A DNA stretch of 64,000 nt from Lytechinus pictus (taxonomy: Eukaryota), in the NCBI RefSeq assembly GCF_037042905.1, contig NC_087250.1, positions 5,706,001 through 5,770,000 on the forward strand. The letters are read 5' to 3'. The notes below the pieces were generated by a model. That model was not told where the DNA came from and ran no database searches. It saw only the letters and a list, made by a program, of their open reading frames with translations. The translations under genes were made by a program, and so were the position numbers. Of the stretch, positions 1 through 12,160 are shown in pieces (within the stretch, counting starts at the first letter, position 1; every line of letters begins with the position of its first letter).

Positions 1-38
1 AAAATGTTCTGATGTGAAACGTTTCCCATGTAATTATT

Positions 39-140
39 AATGTTTCCTATGTTATAGGTTATATACCAGCTTGGAGTTACACCAGCAAACGAGCTGTCCT
101 GCCGAGTTCCTAGCGGGAGTTACCATATCAGAAACAGAAT
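39..140 (+). mobile_element. Probable retroposon (LINE/SINE) 3' end fragment
   Basis: Similar to 11505-11610, which ends in an (AAACAG)n-type tail. Confidence 0.5.
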
Positions 141-339
141 ATGGGTGATGCAAAACTGTACTTGTAGTAGCTTCAGATCTCTTTGTTGTCTTCATTTACA
201 TGTATATTTGTAGTTGCTTGCCTTAAATTCCTTAAAATGTGCAATAATATTTATGATTTAAGTGTATATGTTTGAAAATAATTCCCCAATACAGCCCTAC
301 TCTCAGGCTACATTACATGAAAGTGTACAGTCAGGAATG

Positions 340-1536
340 CAGTGGCGTACCGTGGGTCACGGCATTGGGGGGGCACCAGCAAAATTTTTGAGTCACTAAG
401 TGAGCGCGCGAAGCGCGCCCAGTTGCCAGGTATACCTAATAGAGACATTTTAAGGACAGTGCCATTAACGGATATGTCTCTCACCGGTCAAATAATGCGA
501 GCGCGAAGCGCGAGCTTAAAATTTTTTATATTTAGACCTAAAAAGGGACATTATAATCAATCTTTTGTAATCATGATATGTACCTGTCTCGCTAAATAAT
601 GCGAGCGCAAAGCGCGAGCTGAAATTTTGTAAATATTGACCCCCAAAAAGGAAGATTTTAAGGACTATATTTTAGGAATCCATTAAGAGTATACACATCT
701 CACCATAGTCATCTAATGCGAGTGCCAATAAGCGCTTGCTGATTTTGTTAGAATTACATCTAAACATGCACATAAAGCACTTGTAATCATGATCAACATA
801 CCCATCTCACTAGTCAAATCTTGCGAGCGCGAAGCGCGAGCTGAAAATTTAGGAAATTCAGACCTGAAGAGGTGCATTTTAAGGCTTGTTTGTAGAAATT
901 CACGAAGACCATACGTAGTTCACTAACCAAATGATGCGAGCGCGAAGCGCGAGCTGAAATTTTTTGATATTCAGATTAGAAAGAGGGACATTTAAGGACT
1001 GATTCTAGGAATCCATGGAGAGCAGACATATTTCACCAATCCACTACTGCGAACGTAAGCACGGACAGGAAATGTTTTATATATCAAGACCTTAAAATGG
1101 GGCAATCACTTTAAGTAGTCATGAAAAAGAAGCATACTATTGTACATAAAACAATAACTCGAAGTGCGAGGAAATATATTTGGCAGTTTGGTGTATATTG
1201 ACTTGAAAACGGGAGGTTTTAGTACAACAGGATTATATATATATCTCGGTTAACAGACAATGCGAGCACCAGGAACAATGAAGACATATAGGCCCTGAGC
1301 AAATTATGTTTCATAAAGTTACGAAAAAAAATGTTTCTTATGTAATATAACATAACATAATTATGATATAATATAACATTATAATGAACAATAATGTCTT
1401 CTTTCCCACTTCGTTTCTCTTCCTTTCTCCCTCTTTTTCTTCTTTTTCCTGTTTTTTTTTTTTTTTTTTTTTTTGGTCAGCCGATTGGGGGGGCACGTGC
1501 CCCCCCCATGCCCCCCCCCCCGTAGTTACGCCACTG
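340..1536 (+). mobile_element. hAT-like non-autonomous element
   Basis: TIR CAGTGGCGTA...TACGCCACTG; 8-bp TSD CAGGAATG; repeated GCGAGCGCGAAGCGCGAGC motifs. Confidence 0.88.
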
Positions 1537-1770
1537 CAGGAATGTATATAGTTCAGATCTAAAAATGGTACCCTCCCCTCATATATCCTTTATATCTTTC
1601 ATTTATGATAAATATTTAATGATTTCAATCATGTCTTTGAAATAAATGCCTTTCAACTCAATAATCTGCCTTCTTTGGGCTGTGAAAGAAAAGTCACTTA
1701 GTCAACTCAAAAAGTTTGAAAACTCCAACTCGTAAAGTAACCTGTATGTTGCAGTGTTTAGTGTTATAAG

Positions 1771-3281
1771 CACTGGCGTAAATCCGTGTTGATGGGTGGG
1801 GGGGATGACTGAAATATTTTGGCATTTTTTTGCAATCATGTTTTTAGATATGCAAGGAATTGTCACGGATATGTCCACGGTGGCGTACCGTAGGTCAAGG
1901 CATTGGGGGAGGGGGGCACCAGCAAAATTTTTGAATCACTGAGTGAGTGCGCTAGTGAGCGCGCTCAGTTGCCAGTATTACTGACCTAATAGATACATTT
2001 TAAGGACAATGTCATTAAATGGATATGTATCTCACTAATCAAATAATGCGAGCGTTAAGCGCGAGCTGAAATTTTGTTATATTCACACCTAAAAAGGGAC
2101 ATTATAATCAAATTTGTGTAATTATGATAGGTACCTGTCTCTCTAAACAATGCGAGCGCGAAGCGCGAGCTGAAAACTTAGATAATTCAGACCTGAAGTG
2201 GGGCATTCTAAGGTTTCTTTGTAGGAATTAACTAGGACCATACGTATTTCATCAACCAAATGATGCGAGCGCGAAGCGCGAGCTGAAAATTTTTGATATT
2301 CAGATCAGAAGAAGGGACATTTTAAGGACTGATTTTAGGAATTCATGAAGAGCAGACATATCTCACCAATCCACTAATGCAAACGTAATTCACGGACAGG
2401 AAATGTTTCATATATACGAAGACCTTAACATGAGGCAATCACTTTTTGAGTCATGAAAAAGAAGCATATGTAACTACGTAAAACAACGATAACTCAAGTG
2501 CTAGGAAATATATTTGGTTTATATTGACTTGAAAACGGGATGTTTTAGTACAACAGGATTATATATCTCGTTAAACAGACAATGCGAGCACCAGGAACAA
2601 TGAAGACGTAGCCCTGGGCAAATTATGTTTCATAAAGTTATGATAAAAATGTTTCTTATGTATAATGTAACATAACATAATTATAATATAATATAACATT
2701 ATAATGAATAATATTTTCTTCTTTCCCACTTCGCTTCTCTTCCTTTCTCCCTCTTTTCTCCTTTTCCCACTCTCCCCGGTTTTTTTTTTTGGTCAGCCGA
2801 TGGGGGGGGGGGGATGTGCCCCCCATGCCCCCCCTAGTTACGCCACTGTATGTCCATATAGCAAATACCCTCCAAAATTATTATCTTTTTTACCCCATGA
2901 TGGTTAATGGTTTTATTAGAGATTACATTCAAAATGTTTTGACATTCCATCTTAATCCCTTCTCAAAGACCCCAACATTGATGAATTGGAAGAAACGGGG
3001 GTTTCTCTTCAATGTTATAATAAGGACATAAGTATTTCGTTTGGAAATGGTGAACTGGCTCTCAAGTTTATTTGCATTTTATGATTCAATAATATTGTTT
3101 TATTTGTTAAGCGGTATTTTAGGAAGAATTTTCACCAATAAAGCAATTATCTCTTGTGATTTTTTTTTTCATTTCTTTCGTAAAAACTGGGGGGGGGGGG
3201 ATGTTTGTACAGGCCATCCCCCCCTCCTCGAAAAGTGGGGGGGATATATCCCCTCCATCCCCCCCGGGATTTACGCCAGTG
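1771..3281. mobile_element. hAT-like MITE hosting a nested element
   Basis: TIR CACTGGCGTAAATCC...GGATTTACGCCAGTG; 8-bp TSD GTTATAAG. Confidence 0.87.
1878..2848 (+). mobile_element. Second copy of the 340-1536 hAT-like family, nested
   Basis: CGGTGGCGTA...TACGCCACTG; 8-bp TSD TATGTCCA; colinear with 340-1536 but shorter by an internal segment. Confidence 0.87.
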
Positions 3282-4129
3282 GTTATAAGTGTTGTGCCAT
3301 TTGCTGCAATGGACTTAACTCTGTTGTTGGAGCGTGTAGAAATAGATTTGTCAAAGAATAGCTAAAGTGTGCTGTGCACAGGGTTACATATGTAGATGTA
3401 TTATCATTTTATATTCCAAGAAAGTGCTTAAAGCTCTGTAATTTGCAATAGAACCATAATTGAGTAATTAATGGTTTTATTATATGTGGGTTGATATGTA
3501 TTGTCAGAGTAAATGTATAACATATATCTTTACCTTTCGCTTTTAGTTCCTAGTTCATTCTAATTTATTGATGCTTCACTGTATTATGTATGTGCTATAC
3601 CGGTAAGACACTGTTATTTCAATAGTGTATTAACACCCAAAGTTGTATTGTGTAATGTTTTGAAAGGATAAGTCCTCGCCACGTAAAGTTGATTTGAGAA
3701 AAATCCATCAAGCATAACACTGAAAATTTCATTAAAAATGGATGTAAAATAAGAAAGTTATGACTTTTTAAAGTTTCGCTTAATTTCACAAAACAGTTAT
3801 ATGCACATCCTGGTCGTTATGCAATCGTCATCCACTCACTATTTCTTTTGTATTTAATTATATGAAATATTCTAAAGGTACATAATAAATGATTTGGTGA
3901 TGTAAGGTTTGATATTGAATTTATAATATCAGGAGAAAATGTAAATATTTTTAAGTGATGGTTGTCTGTCTATTAAACTCTGGAATAATTTGTATAAGAC
4001 GTAAATATATTTTATCAATAAAATAATTGTAGGAAAACTTCAACATTTTATTCTGGTGGTTGATTATACCTAGTGTAATAATATTTATGATAACCTACTC
4101 ATATTACCGAAGGGGTGGGTCTTGTGATA

Positions 4130-4335
4130 CTGATGATGAATAGGAGTAGGAGGCTGATGATGATGATGATTATTATTGTTATGATGGACGATGGTTGTGA
4201 TGAAGATGATTATGATGATGATGATGCTGTTGGTGGTGATGGTGTTGATGATGATGGGGATGATGATGATGATGATGTTGGTGATGATGGTGTTGATGAT
4301 GTTGATGGTGATGGTGACGATGTTGATGATGATAA
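4130..4335. repeat. (GAT/GGT)n microsatellite
   Basis: Imperfect trinucleotide run next to an inverted SINE-like tail (4335-4390, mirrored near 7285-7345). Confidence 0.9.
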
Positions 4336-5930
4336 TATTCCGCATTTATATAGCGCTTAACACATCAAAACGACGTCTCTAAGCGCTTTACAGATATATT
4401 GGTGATGGTGGTACAGTTTGAAACTTGTTACATAAAGAGAAAGTACATGGGAGCTTTCGCGACTGCGAAAGGGATGGATTCAAGAACACAGTGGATGATT
4501 TCAAGTCCGGTGTTGGTGTTAGTGTTGGAATTTAGATTGCTTCCCCTAGCTCCAAAACTTATTCTGAATTTGTAAAACTGATCCAGATCACGTTATTGAC
4601 ATTTCAACAACCAGTGAGTGACTTTTCATCTTCATTCTATGATTGGTGTTAGACTCATATAAAAATTGACCTAACACCAACACCAAAAGGTCAACACTGA
4701 ACTTGAAATCACCCAATAAATGTATTAAAAATGTCTATCAAATGACAAAGAAATGCTGGGAGGTGTTTGTCGAAAATTGATGAACCAAAACAGCTCTTCG
4801 TCCCAAAAAATAGCAAATTTGTCCGGGGTGAAACTGCTGGTTTGATTCACCAATTTTCTTCTTGATTTTGAGCATTTAACAATACCTTTTCCATGTTGTT
4901 GAATCCGTCAAGCGTCATGGAAGCAGAAACCCCCAATGATTACTCAAGACCCTAGACTCTTCAAAGATGTAAAAATGCAGAGGCCACTGGCGTATATCCA
5001 TGGAGCTGTTACTAACTAAATCCAAAAAGTGAACCTCTATATATTGTTCAGGGAATGATATATTGGCCCCATCCGCCCTCCCCATACTTTAATAGTATTT
5101 TTTTTTTTACTTTGCACGTTTCATTCGTCACAAAAATAATCAAAATACACAGAACATGCGTTGCATTACAATTAATCAGAACATTGATAAAGTGTGTGAC
5201 ATAATAAATCGTAAGTAAATTGTTCTAGCTTGTACTCAAAATAATTCAACTTGTACCCCAAGCCCTGCTGGCAAGACGATCCATATACATAAATGAGAAA
5301 AGAGTGGTTTATTACCTGCCGGTCAATGGTCGCCCTGGCGTACGGCCTATATAGGGCATACAGTGCGCAACAAAAAAACATGACATTTTCATAAATTACA
5401 TGGCCGAACGTATGACATAACAACACTATAACATGTACATGATGTACGGAACATAAAACAAACTCACAAAAACGCGACCCCCCCCCAAAAAAAAAAAAAA
5501 AAAAAAAAAAGTTGAATAACAAAATACTAATCTACAGTGGTTGAATTCATACAATGGAAAAAAATATATATTTATTGATGTTTTGCCATTTTACAATGTG
5601 TTTTGTGTTTTTCTTCTTGCAATGAGTTAGTGACTTTATAAGATAATATTTTATAATCAAGTTGATTCAAACGAGGGAGAGTCTCTTGGTGTTTACAACG
5701 TTTACCACTTGGATAGTATGATGTCATGGATTTAGGCCAATGGCAGGGGAGGCATGGGGGTTGGCCTCACGAATTTTAAAGCACATAGTGAAAAGAGGAA
5801 AGGAAAAACAAGAAGAAAATAGAACAGGCATAGAGAACAGTATCAAATTGAGGGATCTGGGTCATGTGACTTCATACCCTCAATGTAAAAAAAAAAAGTA
5901 ATAAATGAATAAAATGTCTCTTTTAGGCCG

Positions 5931-6152
5931 CCTTGCCTCCCCGATCAAAATATATTGGTGCCCCCCCCCCCCCGCCCCCGAATTACGATTTCAACAATTT
6001 ATTGCTTTTTGTTATTTTTCATACGCACACTCGACCGACTCTTTGCCTCCCCGATCAAAATATATTGGTGCCCCCCCCCCCCGCCCCCGAATTACGATTT
6101 CAACAATTTATTGCTTTTTGTTATTTTTCTTACGCACACTCGACCGACTCTT
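5931..6152. repeat. About 110-bp tandem duplication
   Basis: Two near-identical units TTGCCTCCCCGATCAAAATATATTGG...CGACCGACTCT. Confidence 0.9.
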
Positions 6153-7516
6153 TTCCTCTGATCCATTTGCAGAAATTAGACCTTTCTACAAACTATATAG
6201 GCCTAACAATTAAGAATTAGAATTAGTTCAATTAATAACTAAGATGGAGGAATGTTATAAGAATGGTTGCTGTACTATTGTGACAATGCCAGTTTTTAAT
6301 TTACCCGATAGGATGCGAAAGTCTATGTAGTATGCCTAGCAGTTGAGTCTTGGAACTCTTGTTGGAATGCTCCCCAGGGAGTGGGGAAGGTGCATACATT
6401 GTATGCGGGCATGCAAGGATCCGATGACCGGGGTAATAATATATCTGTAACATATGGAAAACTAGCGGACAGAAGGTCCTCGCTGCACGCGCGCACCCTT
6501 ATAACACGCAGAATTCCCTTGCATTATACCCTTTTTTCACAAACAAATGTATATCAAGGACAAGCGTTGATTCAGATAGAATTTCCGCCCCCCTGAAATG
6601 AATGGTAACAACTTCTTCTATCAGATGACCATAATTTTTTTAACATTTAATTGGTGGGAAATATGGCACTTTATTACATTAAAATCACTAAAAACCATCC
6701 ATAGTCAGGAATATGTATTGGGATAATGGGTTTGGGGGACATTTTTATAGTACCCGGGTGGATTATATCCGTCGTCACATCGGTGGGTGGTGGTATCATG
6801 AATTTCCGCCCAGATTACAATAAAGGGCACATTGTAAGGCAAATACTCATGAAAGAACCATGGAGATTGGTTAATAAGGAAATAGGGCACTTTTATCATC
6901 AAATCAGAGGAGATTTTCTTTGTGATAGTGATGTCCGTAGAGCAAACCTACACTCGTGACGGGTCCATTATCTATACGAGGGGTGCATCCCAGCTTAATA
7001 CTGCATAGCTAAGTCTGAAAATTAAGTTTTGCTTGTTTCTTTCATTTTATAATGATGTTTAAATGTTCAAACAACGATAATTCATAAAAATTGACTCAAA
7101 ATATTGCGAATCGACGCTGAAACATTATCTGTGTATACATTTTATCCCGCTGTAATGCTATTTCCCCCATAAAGCCGCAATGGAACATTCCGCACCCCCA
7201 GTCATAGGATGATCGCGAGGTCTGCAAACGTCGTCTGCTATGTTTTTACATGTCCGGTACACTGCATACAAGTTTTCGATATGAGCGCTTAGAGACGTCG
7301 TTCCGATGTGTTAAGCGCTATATAAATGCGGAATATTATTATTATTATAAATTTTACAAACTATTCAACATCGAAATGGGATTTATCCAATGCAGTTGAA
7401 CTGATCGTGGATCAGAGGATTGATCGCTTTATCTCTCTTATTGTCTCACAAACTAACTTACATTAAGCACGATATTGAATGAAATAGCATATGCCTATCA
7501 CGATCACCATGCTTGT

Positions 7517-9755
7517 CAGAGGCGTAACCTCGAGGGGGGCATGGGGGCACGTGACCCACAATCGGCTGGCAAAAAACGGAGAAAAGGATAAACGAAGAGA
7601 AATGTAGTGGGGAAATAATAAATTATTGTACATTATAATGTTATATGTTATATTACATGATAAATAATTTTTTTCATAATTCATATGAAACATGATTTGC
7701 TCAGGGCCTTTGTGTTCATCATTCCTGGTGCTCTCATTGTCTGTTTAATGAGGTATATAATCATGTTGTACTAAAACATCCGGTTTTCAAGTCAATATAC
7801 ACCAAATAATTATATTTCCTCGCACTTCGCGTTATTATTGTTGTATGTAGTGACATATGCTTTTTTTCATAACTTCTAAGGGATTACCCCATTGTAAGGT
7901 CTGCATATAAAATATTTCCTGTACGTTCGAATTAGTAGATTGGTGAGAAATGTCTGCTCTTCATGATTTCCTAAAATCTGTCCTTAAAATGTCTCCTTTT
8001 CTGATCTAAATATCAATAATTTTCAGCTCGCGCTTCGCGCTCGCATTATTTGGTATAGTGAAATACGTATGGTCTTAGTGAATTCCTACAAACAAGCCTT
8101 AAAATGCTCCTCTTCATGCGGGTCTTAATTTCCTAAATTTTCAGCTCGCGCTTCGCGTTCGCAATGTTCGTTTAGTGAGATGCGTATGTTGATCATGATT
8201 ATAATAAGTAAATCTTTGTAAGACGGGACCCAGTAGTCTATAGAAAGAAAATCTAAAAAGATTTACTACCACTACTTCGACTATAATTATACAAAAAATT
8301 ATTCAAAAAATGTTTTGTGTTTAGACATGTTAGATATGATTCGCGCTCGCATTATTTGGTATAGTGAAATACGTATGGTCTTAGTGAATTCCTACAAACA
8401 AGCCTTAAAATGCTCCTCTTCATGCAGGTCTTAATTTCCTAAATTAAGACGCGTTCGCAATGTTCGTTTAGTGGCGTAGACAGGTTCGTACACCTGGGGG
8501 GATGACTGGGCTGCCAACGCTAGTGAGGGCGCGAAGCGCCCGAGCGAGGGAGCGAAGCGACCGAGCGGGGGGAGCCTGGGAGAGGGGTGTCCCCCCTCCC
8601 ACGGTAGGGAGCTTTTGCAATTTTGAACTTGAAATCGTGCAATCTGATGCATACTTAATGAGGTAAAATAACACACACAAGCGCGCACGCACACACACAC
8701 ATACTCACACACACACACACACACCCAGGTGCGCGCACCACAGACATACTACGCCTTGAATGGACAGACATACATCGACAAGATCTACACACCGTGGCAT
8801 ACGAATACAGAATGGACTGACACATAGTATTGCATATTGAACCACACTACGTATTTATTTATCTCTGTGAATTTTGCTGTTACACCTCTTCAGAAAAACG
8901 CAAAACTCGTGGTTATCTTTTGGTTTCCACACCACGAGATTGCGCGCACTGCAAAATATGCGCGATTAATCTTGTGGTTATCTTGTGGTTTCCAAACCAC
9001 AAGATAACCACAAAATACTTGTAAGATTTTCTTTTTTTTACCGTCTGAATTTGCTTTCACCGTGTGAATGCGGCTAATAACAATAAACACAATTACAATA
9101 ATGATGAGGATTATTATTATCATCATCATAATTATTATTATTATTAATATTATAATTGTTATCATTATTATTATTACTATTATTATCATCATTATGACTT
9201 ATTAAGTAACCAAATATCATTCCCCAAAACCTGGGGGGGATGATTGTACATGCCATCCCCCTCATCCCCCCCCCCCCCCGTTGTCTACGCCCCTGGTTGA
9301 TCATGATTATAATAAGTAAATCTTTGTAAGATGGGACCCAGTAGTCTATAGAAAAAAAATCTAAAAAGATTTACTACCACTACTTCGACTATAATTATAC
9401 AAAAAATTATTCAAAAAATGTTTTGTGTTTAGACATGTTAGATATGATTCTAACAAAATCAGCAAGCGCATGGCACTCGCATTAGATGACTCTGGTGAGA
9501 TATGTATACTCTTAATGGATTCTTAAAACATAGTCCTTGAAATGTCCCTGTTTAGGGTCAATAAATACAAAAATTTCAGCTCGCGCTCGCATTGTTTGTT
9601 TAGCAAGACAGGTAGGCCTACGTATTATGATTACAAAAATTTGCATATAATGTCCCTTTTTAGGTCTGAAGATCAAAAATTGTCAGTGAGATACATATCC
9701 GTTTAATGGTACAGTCCTTAAAATTTCTCTATTTAAGGTCAGTAAACCTGGCAAA
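7517..9755 (-). mobile_element. Inverted, rearranged third copy of the hAT-like family with a nested MITE (about 8469-9295)
   Basis: Reverse-complement similarity to 340-1536; internal duplications (8188-8341 vs 9296-9449; 8036-8119 vs 8342-8425). Confidence 0.7.
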
Positions 9756-11504
9756 AGCCAAAAATTTCCCGGTCATAATGGTATGAACAGGCAGTGGTGT
9801 AATCGGGCAGATATGGCGCATCGGAAGGAATCATTACAAAAATCCAATTTTGTGATAGAATTTGACATAATATTCAGAAAAAATAATATCTTTTCATATC
9901 ATTTTTTGTACCTTTTCTTTGTTGTTTTGTCCAATTTAGCTTTTGGCTAATCCCATTCTACCTTCATTTCCCGCTCTTGCCGTTTTGTCATCCTTTAATT
10001 CATTTCCTTTTCTTAATCATGCTAATGTATTAGTATGGATATTTCGGAATGCTTTTCTCACATGTTCTTCTTTCGTTCTTTTCCCGCTTTCCGTTTTCCA
10101 TTTTTTAGTTTTCTTTTCGCTTTTCCCTGTCCCTTTCCTCTCCAGCCCCCTTTTCCTTTCCCCGGGAATTTCCCTTTCTTTCTTTCTCCCTCCCTTTTTC
10201 TCTTTTACCGTATTTTTTTTTCATTTTCCCGGTGAATTCCACCGGGGGGGGGGGCAGCATTCCCCCGCCTGTTAGGCCACTGACACCGCCTTAATTTATA
10301 GTCACAAATATAAAAGTTTCGATAATAATTAGAGTTGTCTTACAACTATGGTAATGCGTTTGCCCAATATGATGGCGAGTGGCTGTTGGGCCCGAGCTTA
10401 TGGCAGCTAACTGTATAATGGCAAACTTACCACTGCAGGTAGGCGCCAAGTCGATCGAAGCGCTGACCCCAGAAACGAAAACTTGTTTGCCTAAATGCTC
10501 GGCGGGAAGAAAATATAAAAATCGATCAGAATATATATAAGGAATGAAATAGAACCTACAGAATAGAATAGAGAATTGAATTAAATTGAAAACTAAAATA
10601 ACCGTTTTAGACTGAAGCAAGTATAAGACACCGCGTATCGGTGGGTGCACCACTAATATAATTATAATAGGTTCCCATTTCGGGTTAATTTGTTTGTTTA
10701 CGTTTTCAAAACAGAAAGTACACGCGCATCGATCATGACGTCATAATCAGTGAATTAAATACGCACATACCATTAGGCGCGCACTTCCGATTTTTGTCAA
10801 CAAACCCGAAATGCATTATGGGAATCAAAATCGTCAAAAGGGCCGCGCCTATGTGACGTAACAAAGAGTAAGCAAGTACATGTAAAATGCTTCTATAGCT
10901 AGCTCGTACTAGTAGTAGCTGAACCAGGTCAGTCGATCTCGATCGTATCAGATTAGGGTACTTATTTTTACATGGTCTCGATAGATCTCGATCTACCTCA
11001 GACTTATATCTTATATAGCACCCCATACGTCGTCGTGTTATAATTCCCTACGTCCTAGTGGTTTTCTTGTAGGGCCTATACTCTTTTGTACAGGGGCCGC
11101 AGCCCGCCGCGGAAGCGGGGGTGGGAGGGGGGGGGGGGCTTTATTTAGCTAGCCCCCACTTTTTTTCCAAAACCATGTACAAAAACGTAAAAATTACCAT
11201 TATGATTGTGATTTTTTGCATGGTCAGCCCCCCCCCCCACCCCCGTTTGAAAAATCATTCCGCGGCCCCTGTTGTAGGCCTAAAATATGCTTGAAATACT
11301 TCTAAAACATAAAAATGCAATTATTAAGTTTTAATAAGATTTTTAGAATATATAATATATTACAATTTCAGGACCTTCCATTAATTGCTACATATTGAAA
11401 ATGGGGAGTATGTTAAGAGGGTTTACAGGGGGGGGGGCGAAGAGGGTGCGAATATCTGTCGTCTATAACGTCACTCACTATATGACTGATTAACCTAGAC
11501 GTAA

Positions 11505-11610
11505 AATGTTTCCTCGGTAATTGGTTATATACCAGCTTGGCGTTTATCAGCAAAAATGCTGTCCTGCCGAGTTCCTGCGGGAGTTACCATAAACAGAAAC
11601 AGAAACAGAA
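11505..11610 (+). mobile_element. Probable retroposon 3' end fragment
   Basis: Similar to 39-140; tail AAACAGAAACAGAAACAGAA. Confidence 0.5.
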
Positions 11611-11924
11611 TTAGAAAAACATCAAATACGTGTTCATCATGATAATGAAATCATAGATCTAACGATATTGTATATATTTGTTTTTATTACCGCCATCTTT
11701 CGACAGGCTATTGCGGCCGGTATTTATGAGACGCCGAATGTACCATTATTATATAGAACAATTATTTGTTATATAATCATTATTTATTAAATAATAACTA
11801 TTATTTATATATAATTTACATTTTATTTGTAAATAACTACTATTATATAAAATATCATTTCTAATTATTTATATATAATTCCAAGTAATACTTCATTATT
11901 TGTAAATAATAATAGTTCGACATT

Positions 11925-12160
11925 CCATTATTTATAAATAATGATTATTTGTTTTTCATTATTTATAAATAATGATTATTTGTTTTTCATTATTTATAAA
12001 TAATGATTATTTGTTTTTCATTATTTATAAATAATGATTATTTGTTTTTCATTATTTATAAATAATGATTATTTGTTTTTCATTATTTACAAATAATGAT
12101 TATTTGTTTTTCATTATTTATAAATAATGATTATTTGTTTTTCATTATTTATAAATAATT
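11925..12160. repeat. 31-bp subterminal tandem array in the foldback left arm (mirrored at about 15510-15745)
   Basis: Unit AATGATTATTTGTTTTTCATTATTTATAAAT; the array repeats the perfect 18-bp palindrome CATTATTTATAAATAATG. Confidence 0.9.

Noticed and set aside
4085..4382. Asp-, Met- or Ile-rich ORFs
   Set aside because: Translations of a (GAT)n microsatellite.
6440..6960. Unique-looking stretch with 65-77 aa ORFs
   Set aside because: No recognisable motif or consistent splice pair; not supportable without a database search.
11925..12160. CRISPR-like array
   Set aside because: Head-to-tail 31-bp units with no unique spacers, eukaryotic context, no cas genes.
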